The notes beneath the pieces are model-generated. The model was not told the origin of the DNA and ran no database searches. It worked only from the letters and a program-made list of their open reading frames with translations. 64,000 nt of DNA from Octopus sinensis (lineage: Eukaryota). This document shows positions 48,951-62,419 of this stretch, piece after piece (the first letter of the stretch is position 1; every line of letters begins with the position of its first letter). The stretch lies in NCBI RefSeq assembly GCF_006345805.1, contig NC_043000.1, positions 161,386,001-161,450,000 of the forward strand. The letters are read 5' to 3'. A program made the translations under genes and the position numbers.

Positions 48951-49209
48951 CTTATCTTAATTCTTGATATTAACACATAAATGACAATGTCAACAACATT
49001 ATCATAAACCAAAACAAAGCCATTCTTCATGATCGGTAGACTTATAAGCAACAGTAATCCAATTGTTTACCTCTCGCATAACATCTCGTTTCCTTTTAAA
49101 TGAAAAGACGTTTAATAAATTAATCTTAGGTACTTTTAAGAGGTTGGGATGGGTAACGTGCCATACCTTTGATCATATGTTTGCTCCATCAAGGTTGATC
49201 TGGAATCGA

Positions 49210-49690
49210 GATAGATTTTTTTATTGGCCACGCAGGGCTGAACACAGAAGGGACAAAATACAAAGTAGAGCTTTTCTTTTTGGGAAGAAGGAAAAAAGGG
49301 GGCGGGCGAATTCCGATCAAAAGGGATCGTTAAAAAAATTGGACCGATCAATAAAGATCGTGTATCACAGAAATGTCAATGTAAAAGGGGAAAACAGATT
49401 AGGTTTGTCTGTGTATAGAAAAGCCTACGGAAAAGACCACGGGAACCTTGGGCAATAGTGTCATTCAAAGGGAAAACACATTACAGTAAGTGGCCCTCTT
49501 TTTTCCTTGGTTTTTTTTTTTCAGTTGGTTCATAGGGTTAAGCTCAAGCTGGCTCCGTCATTCAAATGTGCCATCCTTGCAACATTCATCCTTCTTTTTT
49601 TGAAGCATTCACTAGGCTTCCCTCTCTACTCTCACGTTCCTCTTCAAGTGATACGTGAAGATGTTGATGAGAGATCTAAATAACAGCGAA
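49210..49690 (-). mobile_element. Probable L1/Tx1-like LINE 3' end
   Basis: Minus-strand SLINIFTYHLKRNVRVERE..CFKKRRMNVARMA followed by a T-rich 3' region; family assignment is by recollection only. Confidence 0.35.
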
Positions 49691-52549
49691 TGCTTTCAAC
49701 TCTGATATCTACTCCACCATCACCACTGATAAAGTACCATATGCCTTCAAACTAATAACAGCTCGGCACCACTTTTAGTAACAACCTATCTCTAGATTAC
49801 CATCAACAATACGACTCAGTAAAGCCAAACCCCACCACCTTTCTTTCCTCCACCAAATTATAATTAACGTAGAATGAGCTCCGAAATATCAAAATTCAAT
49901 AGCACACCACTCCCATCATAAATAATCATATCAGTGCCCGCAGTTTTAAAACTTACACCATTAACAACCATTACTGAAACTACCGTTATTATAGAACCTA
50001 AAATGACCAACATTCTAGTGAACCAAATCAAAGGGAACACTGCCACAAATCAAAAAATGTGTATCACTATCTAAACAGACAGCCCCAATTCTACCAAGAA
50101 CACCACCTCTGTCACTTGCATCACCACCGCTACCATTATCAGTAACCATCTGACAATGCTCACTAATATTCCAACATCGTCGTTGTGATCACACGAATAC
50201 CTGTACCGACAAAGACACCAAAAACCAGCATTGCTACATCATCCACCCTTAACATTATTATCGAAATAACCACCGCAAACAACCTATGAATGCAGAAGCA
50301 ACACTAACAGTATCACTATCTCGCCCGCCACCTTCGCCAACACCACCGACTCTACATCTGCCATTATTCCCCCACAACCATCTCCACTCAACCAGCATCA
50401 CGTCATTTAGCCTGTTTTCTTTTCTCATGCTTCACTACTTATCCATCTCTGTCACCACAGTAACACTCAAGTGATGTTTCTTGTTGCTTTTAGTTGTTAG
50501 GTTTACATCAATGTTTTTACAAACTGCTTTGAGAATGGATATCATTATTATTATTATTATTTTTGTTATTATTGTTGTTGTTGTTGTTATTGATGTTTTT
50601 TGTTTAATATTGTTGTTATTGCTGTTGTTGTTATCATTTTTGTCGTTGTTGTTGCTATTGTTATTATTATTATTATTATTACAATTCTGTTTTGTTAATT
50701 TGCATCTAGCTGGTGTAACTGTTTTCACATGTTCATGCACTTCCTACCTCTAATCATTCAACCGTGAAGTTGAAGTGGAGAAGACATTTTTAAGTTTCTT
50801 TTATATTTTATTTTTTCTGTATTTTATATATTATTTATTTTTATTTTATCTATTTTTTGTTATTATGGCCTTTCCGATCGGCAGCTTGACGCAAGCTGGG
50901 TAATAATGCTTCTTGCCTAGGGCCTCTGTAAGCTGCACAATGGCGAAAGCATATTTTAGTAGTCGTAATGATGTAGTCAACAGTCCAAGACATTAACTGC
51001 GAAAACTGTTCTAACATCAGAAGTTACGTAAGAGGTTCAAACATTTACATTTTTTTTTCGAGTGGACAAGCAAAAACCTAGTGTTAAGAGCGTCTTCTTG
51101 GAGCTGTATATAATACATGTAGCAAAGTTTGAAGTTGTAATAAAGTGGTCAGTTATATAACATATTAAACCCTTACAGCTATTTCATGATGTTTGTTGGA
51201 GCGTGAATAACAACATCAAACATACTCCTATTTATAAAGCTTCATACACAATATACACTTTCAAAGTATATCTCCACAAACATAGAAAATATGATCAATT
51301 CATATTTCTAAACAAATACACTCGGACATTACATGTAAAAACATGTCCTCACGGACACGCTTTCTTACAAACACAGATATCAAGGTACTTATTCGATAAC
51401 TCTATAGGAAATATAAGGTTCGACGATTGTGCACACTTATATCTCTGGATCAGATGTGTATGCATACATATACATACATATATATACACATATAAATACG
51501 TACATACATATGTAAACACACACACGCTCAAATACACAAACATATACACAAATACACATAAACATAAATACACATAAATACACATAAACATATACACAAA
51601 TACACAAACATATACATACACACACTGGTATTGTAAATGTGTATATTTGTGTAAATGCGTATATGAATAAATACAAGTATACATAGAGTTATTCGTATAC
51701 ACACAACGCAAACACATACAGTGGCCGAAAACACACGGCCCCCCTGTTCTCCTTCCATTAAATTTCTCATCTCTCACTTTTCTCTTCTCCCGCTTAAATA
51801 TATTGTACCTGCAACTCTTTGTATGAGTCTGTTTGTCAGATATTTAATTACCGAATCATGTGCGTGCTGACAACAACGTATAAACACATATTTAAAAGAA
51901 AACAAATTATAGATTCAAGGTAGAAGTCTCTAGATAGTCGACCGACTTACAAGAAATAGCCACCAAAACTCTCAAATTCGCATACTGCTGACTTAAGGAA
52001 AGGATCATTGGTCAATGTAGCGTTACAGTTATAAAGACACTAGCAGTAATACCCAACATTGATCGGGTAATTACTTTTACTCTTTCTCGGGAGCCACATT
52101 CAAAGTGTTATATATAGATTTACTACTCCTGTATGTGTGTATTTCATAAGACAAAAAAACATGTAATAACTGAAATAGAAAAAAGATCAATTTCATACAC
52201 GACCCAAACAATCTATGGCAAGATTTAAACACAAAAGTATTTCAGACTGCAAGTTCGTCAGTGGGATATAAATTTCATAAATCCAGTGACTGGTTGTCAG
52301 ATAGATCAACAGAAATTCATGATCTACTTTTAGAAAAACAAAACTTAGGCAATACACTTCTCAGTCCTTGAACCCCAACTCAAACGAAACTTACAGAAAG
52401 TTGAAAAGGAAAGTGCAGACTACTCTAGGGAAAATTAAACAGGAATGGTGGAATGATAGAGCAAAAGGGGCACAAGAAGCAGTTAATAGAAATGATGCCA
52501 AGGATTTGAACTCTTATGTTAAGTAGGTATATGGTCCAAATTTTTCTTC

Positions 52550-52985
52550 AATAGCTCCACTAAGAACAGCAAATGGACGTTTTCGTCTGACTGATACCGC
52601 TTCTATTCATAAGCGTTGGGTATAGCATTTTTCTGCACTTTTGAATAGACCATAATCCGTTGACACGAGGATGGTGAGCTTGCAGAGGGGAACGCTATCG
52701 GAGTAAATCTGAAAAAAGATTTAAGGACAGCATACGGACTATTATGAAGTCACTTGGAATTGATCCAAAAGATATAGAAGCCCTTGCTTCGGATCGAGTT
52801 GGTGGCGAACAAAGTGCGGAGTGGAGTAAAAGCATTTGAAGAGGCCAGGATAATGCAAGTAAAAATCAATAGAGATCTAATGTAACGATCGAGATGAATA
52901 CCCTTTTTGTGTGCACAGTCTGTGGTAGACAATGCCTGTCTTTGGCTGGTCTCCAATCTCATTTGCGAACGCATGGAAAACGAAC
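52550..52985 (+). mobile_element. RTE-clade LINE remnant with C-terminal C2H2 finger, internally deleted
   Basis: APLRTANG..KRWV.HFSALLN joined to KRFKDSIR..LGIDPKDIEALASDR..KAFEEAR..FVCTVCGRQCLSLAGLQSHLRTH. Confidence 0.7.
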
Positions 52986-53257
52986 CTCCACCAACTATTC
53001 TGACTGTATGTCTGTGCACACCTTTGAATGCAATGTATGCCAGAAGGTTTGAAAATCCAACGGAGGTCCCAAAAGACATATTAAGATCCACAAAGAGCAG
53101 GACTTATCTGCAGGTATTGGTAGTCCAAATCAGATATGCAATCTATGTGGGTGGCTTTTCAGAACATTGGTTTAAAAACCCACATCAGACGCCATGATAG
53201 TGCTAAGGTGTAGGTACAGGAAGTGGTCAAACTCTGTATAAAGAGTAGACAACTACC

Positions 53258-53294
<37 letters not shown>

Positions 53295-53299
<5 letters not shown>

Positions 53300-53603
53300 A
53301 AACAAGTCAAGATAGAAAATGCTAAAATAATTTTATAAAGAACATTTCAGTACAGGTTTCGGTCATTTGAGACCTCTTCAAGGAAACAAGGAAAATGCCA
53401 CTTGTATTTGAACACTATACATATATTCTTTTAAAAAAACTTTTCTTTTAATTTTTCTAAATTTAATTATTTAATAGTTACAATTGAAAAGGTCTCAAAT
53501 GACCGAAACCGGTACTGAAATGATCTTTATAAAATTATTTTAGCATTTTCTATCTTGACTTGTTCTTTCATATATATCAACTCGTGTGTCCCTTTTCATC
53601 CTT

Positions 53604-53604
<1 letters not shown>
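53295..53604. mobile_element. 310-bp miniature PLE insertion (87-bp inverted arm + ~220-bp forward 3' end) in (TA)n
   Basis: Clearly related to 9010-9218 and 3979-4190; flanked by (TA)n on both sides. Confidence 0.9.
53481..53517 (+). ncRNA. U3-A8 minimal hammerhead (weakened stem I)
   Basis: CAA TTGAAAA GGTC tcaaat GACC GAAA CCGG TA CTG; opposite-strand copy at 53348-53381 has TTGAAGA and CCTG. Confidence 0.65.
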
Positions 53605-53692
<88 letters not shown>

Positions 53693-55164
53693 ATTATTCA
53701 GTTTATTTTAAGATTTCTTGCCAGTACAGAAAGAACCGGTTTCTAAACCAGATCCAAGTTTCCTTCGTTTGAATTTCAACGTCAACAACAGGATATTTTT
53801 TTTTGTATGTATATATGTATGTATGTGTTGATTTGTATGTTTTCGAGGGTAATTAAATGAGTCTTGTGTGCGTACGCCGCGCGTTTTTGTGTGTCTCTGT
53901 GCCTTTGTGCTTGCGCGTGTGTGTGTGTCTGTGTGCGTTGAGTTTATTGCTTAAGTGAATTTTTTCAACAATGACTTGTCATGTATTCATTTTTTCTTGT
54001 ATTTGTATGTGTTTAGTTTAGAAAAGAACATCTTTTTATCAAATGTGGTTTCATCGAACCCAGTATCATCTAGTTGTGAAATGACCCTTTCAAAACACAC
54101 CTAATCTTCTACCCATTTCTAACTCTTACCTCAGTTGGCATTAGGGTTTATCCCTGTTGGCATTCATTGAAATAAATACTGATCTGTACCGCGTGAATTT
54201 AATCTCCTATATTTCTCCCCCTCCAAAATGATGAGTAGCCTTGCGCCGTTGATAGAATTCATTGTAATATTTGTTTCCACAGTTTACATAATTGATAATT
54301 ATCATTCATAACACATAGAATAAGTGCGTGTTACTCTGGGAATGATAGAAAGGGGGAGAGAAGAGATATCGTTCAGAGACAATGAGAGAGAGAGAGAAAG
54401 AGAGAAAGAGAGAGAGAGTTTGTATAAGTTAGAAGAGAATGGGTAGAGTGTGAGATGACAATCAATGTAAGCTGTTCGGTAAAAATTTGTTGTAGATATG
54501 TGTAGATGCGTAAATGTGTTTATGTGCAAGCAAAAAAAGACAAACACTGTATGCGTGTATGTGAGAGAGACAGACAGAAAGAGAGAGAAAGATCCCATGT
54601 GATATGATGAATTTGAGTGTGTGACAGAGAAGGAAAAGATGGAATAGAAGCTAGATATGCAGAGGTGTATTGTAAAAAAGGCTTAGGTGATGAGAGAGAA
54701 AAAGAGAAAGAGAGAAACCATGAGGAGAGAGGGGATAAAAAAAATATACAGTGAGCACGATTAGGGTTTTGCATATACAGAGTGACATTTTGTTTGGAAA
54801 TATGAATACGAATGAATAAAAGCGACTGAGAGAGGAAGTTATATATCTAAAAAGCAGAATGTGAATGAATGGGGTAGAGATGAAGGGAAAAAGAAAAAAC
54901 TGATAAAGAGAGCGATATAAATAAAGCTAGAGCAACTAACAGAAAGGAAAGAATAGGGAGTTGGAGAGAAATCGAAACAGTTGTAGGAGTGAGAAAGAGA
55001 AATTAAGTACGAAGTGTAATGGTGAAATAGACTGAAAAAAAATCGATACTGAACCGGGACGGAGAAAAACGAGTTAAATTCTGAGATGCCTGCAGTAAAT
55101 TGATGCGTGTTTGATAATAAATGTGACTCTATGTTCGTAAGTATGAGTGTTTGCAAGGAGTCCC

Positions 55165-55318
55165 AGGCGTGGGTGTGTGGTAAGGAGTTTGCTTCCGAAA
55201 CACATGACCACGGGTTTATCCAGCTGCATGGCACCATTGTTGAGAGTCTTCTGCTTTAGCATCGGGCCGACCCAAACCTTTGGAACGGATTTGGTGGCCG
55301 GAAACAGAAAGGTTCCCT
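55165..55318 (+). mobile_element. Degenerate 5' half of the 17078-family SINE
   Basis: ggcgtgggtgtgtggtaag...cgggccgacc...ggatttggtggccggaaacagaaag. Confidence 0.7.
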
Positions 55319-55338
55319 ATATATATATATATATATAT

Positions 55339-55388
55339 ATCCTTCGAAACGTTTAGTAGATGAAATCTTAGCGACTGAAGAAGGGGAT
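55339..55388 (+). ncRNA. Candidate type II (permuted) minimal hammerhead
   Basis: ATCCTTC GAAA CG TT [TAGT AGAT gaa ATCT TAGCGA] CTGAAGA AGGGGAT; canonical core, stem II formed by the ends, stem I weak. Confidence 0.35.
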
Positions 55389-55583
55389 TTTTCGTTGTGC
55401 TTATTGTCCTGTATCTCTCCCTTTTTTTTGCTTGTCTTGTTCCTTGGTTTGTGTCTATGTGTTTCGTCTCTCTATGTGTTCGACGTCTTTTTGGTGTCCT
55501 GTACACATATATGCGTGTATATGTACATGTAGAGGTAGGTACGTACATATATGTTTATATATATGCATATGTTCTATTTTATT

Positions 55584-55636
<53 letters not shown>

Positions 55637-56074
55637 TCGAGAGATTCATCAGCAATGACATTTTTACAGAAAATTATACCTCTTGTATATATATATATAT
55701 GTTAGATGAAAAGATCTGGTGTTGGATTTAGGAAGAGGCTATTTTTTGCTATATTGCATCTATATTTATGTGCATATGTGTGAGTGTGTGTGTGCTGAAT
55801 TTTTGTAGGCCTGGTTAGAAGGCAGGAAAGGAAGAAGAAAGACGGGAAGAACGAAAGGACAGGAAGAAAAGAGTAGTAAATTTGTGCGAATATGTTGTGA
55901 ATTTCCCGGACATGAAATTTGTTGATAGAATCTGCACCATACAATGTGACAAGGGTTGCCCTTTGAATTGCAAGTGCTATCCATTCAACGTGCTTCCCTA
56001 AAGTTCCCATCAATCCAATTTTCTTCACTCCAATGGCATGGCTCGAACCGTAGAGTAAAAATTACTTATGTATG

Positions 56075-56560
56075 TATGTTTAAGTCAGGTCACTTTCGAG
56101 TGCTACTGGTAACATGTAACCCAGGGCAATCTGTTGCATGGTCGGGTCGTCGGCGACTAAACCGGCAAACCCACCAAGCTTGCTTGGTGAGGAGGGTGTT
56201 TATTGGACACTATGCGGGATGAAAAACGAAACCCGTCAAAGGGCGGAGGAACTCTTGAGAGTCAACAGCCATCCAATAAATGTCTGAAGGCTGCATCATG
56301 CGCGGGGACATAGAAATAATCGGACTGAATACCCGATCACGCGGTTAAACCATTGGGAGTAAAGGACTCCTAGCCTTTGTTAGGGCATCCTTCTAGGAGA
56401 AGGTAACTCAGGTAACTGGGATAACTCCGACATAAAACCTGCGGCTCAGTGGTTACCGATGATGTTGATTTGTTCTTCTTTTCGGATTATGGCTGTTGTT
56501 GCTTAGTGAGTGGGATTGACTCAGTGCACATCCTTTCCTCACTTAAAAAAATCTTCTTGC
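56075..56560 (+). mobile_element. Probable solo 5' UTR of an RTE-like LINE, highly structured
   Basis: GC-richer block with several helices and agggcatccttctaggagaaggtaactc (56382-56409), resembling RTE 5' UTR motifs; no ORF follows. Confidence 0.4.
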
Positions 56561-56733
56561 ACAGGCATTGCACGATAACAACATTGTTCATGATTGTTGA
56601 TGGTGCTGTGAGTCTCAACTGAATGGCTGGCTGTAGCCTTAAAAATCAAATAAAAGTCACATTCGATCACAGCACCAATAACAGTTAAGCTTCGTGCAAT
56701 GGCCATACTCGATAACTAGGGGGCAGCCACCAT

Positions 56734-56825
56734 GTATGTATGTATGTATGTAGGTAGGTAGATAGGTAGGTAGGTAGGTAGGTAGGTAGGTAGGTAGGTA
56801 GGTAGGTAGGTAGGTAGGTAGGTAA
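56734..56825. repeat. (TATG)n-(TAGG)n microsatellite
   Basis: Direct reading. Confidence 0.9.
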
Positions 56826-58252
56826 ATAGGCAGGTATCTCAAACGTGGGGTAATAAAATATTGGGTAGATCCAAGAAATGGACCTCGTAATGTTTGCATT
56901 TATATCAGCTGCCAGTCATCACGCTAGATTAACTTCGCATTTCTTCATCCTCTGATATCGAACCTTTAACAATATGCATCGACCATATTACTGGAGGTGA
57001 TATAAGTGACTAAAATTTTTGAGCACGTTGTCACATGATGGCCATTGTACAATAGTTGAAGCCAATAAACGAATAAGAGAGTGTATGAATAAAATAATAC
57101 GAAATGTATTTATGTATATAAATTAGTTTAGCGGTTTACTATTTCAACCAATTCTTCTATTCCATGATAGAAAATATGTTACTGCTGGCATTTATAATTT
57201 CACTTCGCACAAACCAGTGTGATAGTTAAGCGTAGTATTACGGATATACTCGATTACATTATTTTTCATCATAATTCATTCCATTCTTTGGACCATAGGA
57301 GTGCAAAGACATTCCTTTCAAGTTTCCATATCAGCTCAGCTTAGAATAATTATCACCTGGCAACTAGTACTCAAGTTATCGTATTCTTGATATTCCATTG
57401 AATCATTAATGCTAGGGTTGTTGGGGTGTCTATATCAGCTTCTGGCGACATAAGTATCTAAAACAACCAGCAAAATATTGGTCCAAACTACCAGGCCACA
57501 CTTGTTTGTGAAGGACAGCTAAGCGTGTTCTTAACATTCAAATTTTATTTGAACACATATTGTGGTTTTAATCCTAACGTATCTACGTTTCGTTTCATTA
57601 ACTAAAGTCTGCTGCATCTAGGCAAACAAGGCCTTATTCTTTTAACCGGGGGATATTAAATGAGTAACGTTTATGCCTTATCTAAGGGCACAATCCGTGT
57701 GAATGAAGTGAAGCTGCATCAAGAGGCAAATTAAACAGCATAAGAGTCTCCACTTGCTGTGTGGTACATTTCACAACAGAGCAACAGAGTGACATAATTA
57801 TGTACACTAGTTTCGAGGATATATTTTCAGAAGCAGCCCCGTGTATAATTTTCTTACCACGGAACCACAGAAATCAAACCTTAGGTAATTTTTCCCATTC
57901 CTCATCCTTCATCTTGTAGCGAGTTTCCATTGGTGTTTTTGGAAGCAAGGAATGCAATGAATAAAGTCGACTCCGCTTAGAACTAATATAAGAGCACAGA
58001 ATGTTACAAAAGAATATAAGAAAAATGTAACTAAGAAGAATGTGGTTTGTAACTTAACCAAATCGGCCGCTCACTTCAGAGAGAAAAACAGAATTATTTT
58101 TTTTTACACATACAATGATACAGGGCATAATCTATTGGATCGAAACTAAATACGATCGCTACAAAGTTTATTCACCCTGAGAAAGAAAAGATATATTCCA
58201 CTGTCCTGGAAATGGAACACACCCAGAACACACCCTAATATTTTATAACCTC

Positions 58253-58330
<78 letters not shown>

Positions 58331-60343
58331 AATGAGAGCAGAAGTTCCCACTGGACGTCTATTTATGTTATTGGCCTACAAAACTGAAACGAAAGAAAAT
58401 TTCAGTAAACGAGGTGGATTAGTAGCTGTTCCGTTCAGACCGAGCTCAGCTTACAACTCGATATTGAACAGAGGAATGTGAAGTATAATTCTCAAAGTGG
58501 CATGGTGTAACCACAACTATGTACCATTGAGGCTATTGGATCAGAATTGACATGGACCTACATAAACATCTGTAACAACTATACGAAGCTACAATTTACT
58601 AAGTAATAAAATTGCACAATGGTAACATGCATACCAGCTGCATTACAGGATTCAGTTTTAAAAAAATCGAATAAACTCCAGAAAATTAAAAGGGGTCTTC
58701 AAAGCATCGAACGATGTATTTTGTGTTATTTATTCCGGTTTCTTGCATTCCGAGTTCAAATCAAACCGAGCGACGGAAGGATTATTTTCCAGTATTCAAT
58801 TTGTTTCTTTGCTGCAATTCCATTTTAGTATACTCGGACAATAGACTTTAATTCGTCGACTGGCTTAACATTAGCTGAGTCTAATTTATAGCAAGTATTC
58901 GGGCCAATTCCTTGGTTTGATACTTTTCACCATTATTCTAATGAGCCAAAGACATTGTCTTACTCTCTTAAGTAATAAAATAAATCATTCTCCTCACACT
59001 ACACATATATACACTCAATACGTTTACACAATACAACGTGATATAACTCTAGACAAAAGTATCAAATATTTTATTGAGTAGAAGCCAATGAGAAAAAAGA
59101 AAGGCATGATAGCAGTAGGCTGATGAAGCCAAAGCAAACAAGCTATCCTCCAAGTTACTGTTTTCTGTGCTGCACTTGACCACGCATAGATACATACAGG
59201 CTGTTCTGGCTAAATTTGACATTACGCTTCTTTTCTTTTTCAGAATCAACTTTATGTATTAGTGAAAGCGTAGAGATTTAAGCTGTATTTGAGAAAAAGT
59301 TAACTGATTTGGAGGACTGGAATCTATCTGAATATTGGAAAGGAGTTCTGTCATGAGAATTTGCGCCGAGTATCGAAATGCTAAGAACATCACTGCTGCT
59401 CAATGCTCTATGAACATTATAAAAATTGTAAAACGTGAAACAGACAACCTGAAAACCAAGTTCTCCTAGACTATGAAGGTATTTGGGAGTGTCTCCAATG
59501 TGAGAGACGTTGACACGTCCCACATTTTGAACAGAGCCACAGGCTCAATCCACTGGGAACTTACAATTCTTTTTATTGTTTCATACATGCAATCTCTATG
59601 AATTTTGGAGTTACGTTTAAACTGAAAATATACATTAAATGATTGACACTGTGGAAAGTATATTTCGCAATTATAAACTTGTATTTAATTGTCTTTTGCA
59701 ATTAGTAAAGATAAATTTTATACCTGATATATTGTAGTTTAGCTTCTTTTTTTTTTGTAAATAACGATCAGCATGGATAAAATTTACATATAATGTAAAT
59801 TAGAAATTAGAAAGGATTAGCTCGCTTTGATCCAAAAGAACGGAAACCTTTCTTAACTATAGTAAGCTAGCCTTAAAGTTGTATTACTGCAATGTAAAAC
59901 ATTCATCCCTGTTCACTAATTATTTTAGTATGCTTAACATAAAACGTGGTACAGAATAGTAGCTTAGACAGCTTTCGTAATAGAAACGTGTAAGAAAAAG
60001 TGAAAAATATGGCTTTCAGTTTCACAGAATTTGGAGTGATAGGTAGCAGATCTGAAATTAACATCAGAAAGTTGGTGGGAGTCAGTAGTTTAAGTATCTG
60101 TAACAAAATAAAAGTGGAAATTTGTTGCCTAGTGTTATTCACGTGATAATTGGTGTACTTGACACAACACGCAAAATCTTACTAAACAACTGAAAGATAT
60201 TGGAATTGAGATTCGCATAGTCAACCTGAAGAAAAGTACATTCTTATAATGAGAGCAAAATCCTAAGAAAGATTCTTAAGATTTAATGAAACCATTTGTT
60301 ACCAAACTCAAGATAACATTTCTGCTAATTAAATTTGCTTGTA

Positions 60344-60431
<88 letters not shown>

Positions 60432-60447
60432 TGGTGGTGGTGGTTGA

Positions 60448-61594
60448 TAATGGGTAAGACAGTGCTGTACTTGAAAAACATCGCAAAAGGCAATGCGGTA
60501 GATAATTACAGGCCAATATCTTGCTTGCCACTTGTATGGAAATTATTGACTGGAATAGTCGCAGAGTCAATGTATGGACATCTGGAAAGACTGGAGGCCT
60601 GCCACATGAGCAGAATGGTTCCAAGCGTAAGTGCAGAGGTACCAAGGATCAACTCCTGGTAGACAAAACTGCATTTAGAGATTGCAAGGGGCGGAAAACT
60701 AACTTAGCCTTGTCATGGATCGATTATCGTAAGGCCTATGATATGGTCCCACATTCTTGGATTATGGAATGTATGAACCTATTTGGTATTGCATCGAATG
60801 CATGAACAATTTCATAATGATGGTGCAGATAAGACAAACAGAAAAAAGATGGTTATGATTGACTAAAAGTGATTTAACACCAGAAAAACAGGCTGCAATC
60901 TGTGCTCCCCAAGAGTAAGCATTAAGAACCAATTACTTCAAATACAAAATAGGCAACACATCAGAAAGTTATATGTGCAGAATTTGTGGACAAAATGGTA
61001 AAATCGTATGGCATATTACAGTCAATGTACGCTACTAGCTCTGAAAGAATGTGAGAGATACCATGAGAATATAGCAAGGATTTTCCACTTTGTAACAAGT
61101 ATGGACTTGACACAGCAAAAGTGTGGTACGTTCTTAAACATCAAAATGATAATGCAAAGACAAAATGGCATTTTATGATTCAGTGCAACCATGAGATAGA
61201 GAAAAAGGAAACCAGACATAGTCTTAATTGAAAAAGAAAGCAAGCGATGCTGGATCATAGATATATCATGCCTAGCTGACAACAAGGTATGCGATAAGGA
61301 AGAAAAGAATTCGGTTAGCTTGGGAGGTTAAGCATTTGTAGTCACAGAAGAAGGTGGTAGTAGTAACAATAATCGTCGGAGCCCTGGCAACAGTGAGTAA
61401 AAATCTTGAGAAATACATGGAACAAATAGGGGCTGCAATACGGGTGGAGCACTTGCAGAGAACAGCACTGCTTGGAATGGCTCGAATACACCGGTTGGTG
61501 CTCGAAATATAAGGGGTGTTCCCTTAGTTCACTGGTAGGGAACAGCTGATACCATAGTGCATCTCCAAAGTTAGAAGCTGTGCAAAGGCAATGA

Positions 61595-61595
<1 letters not shown>
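60448..61595 (+). mobile_element. R4/Dong-like element, internally deleted, ending in (TAA)n
   Basis: [82 protein letters not shown]; left flank (AAT)(GAT)(GGT)n. Confidence 0.85.
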
Positions 61596-61641
<46 letters not shown>

Positions 61642-61691
61642 TAATATATTGATGATACTAATATGTAGATGATAATAATAATACGAAGAAT

Positions 61692-61728
<37 letters not shown>

Positions 61729-62419
61729 GTAGTAGTAGTAGTAGTAGTAGTTGTTGTTGTTGTTGTAGTAGTGTCTTGGCTAAGAATGAAGTGGGAGTCA
61801 TGAATCACCACAGGAGTTTTGAAACCAGCGAAAGAAAAATCTGACATAACACATGACGTTCCGAGTCGCTGAGATAAGATTCCAAATATCGGGAGGGGGG
61901 GGGGGGGTAGAAAAAAAAAGAAAAGAAATATATGACCGTATTTAGAAAGATTATACACTAGGAAACTGTTATGAAATATCCGACAAGTAGCACTGTATAT
62001 TTAGATTAAGTGGAGAAATTACTCAACTACAGATAGCTAGAATGTGAGAAATGGAAACAGTAACAATCCCTACAATGCTTTGCAAATGCCTAAGAAGGCT
62101 GATGACAAATACTGGGAGCCCACAAACTGTGTGGAAGATAGAGACTAATGGAATTTGCAGGTGACAAACCTAGTCATTAAGTGTGCAGTTAAAATGCCGT
62201 CGTACGTTTATGCTAGAAACTAATACTATAATATCGAAGTAAAGCGTAACGGAAGCTATTGATGGGATTGGAAACAATGTGTGCTTCATGAACATAAGTA
62301 GAGTATTTGGAAGTGTGTACAACGTTTTCAAACTTAAGGATGAAGCAAGAAAACCAGCTGAAATGTGTGCCTATAACTGGTACCGCAATACTTCGTACAA
62401 GGACATGTCAACGTCAAAA

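Noticed and set aside
49063-49458. 131-aa plus-strand ORF
   Set aside because: Largely the antisense of a probable LINE 3' UTR; no domain
59227-59523. Acceptor-like cttcttttctttttcag and an 81-aa minus-strand ORF
   Set aside because: All three frames close shortly after the acceptor; the minus ORF is unrecognisable
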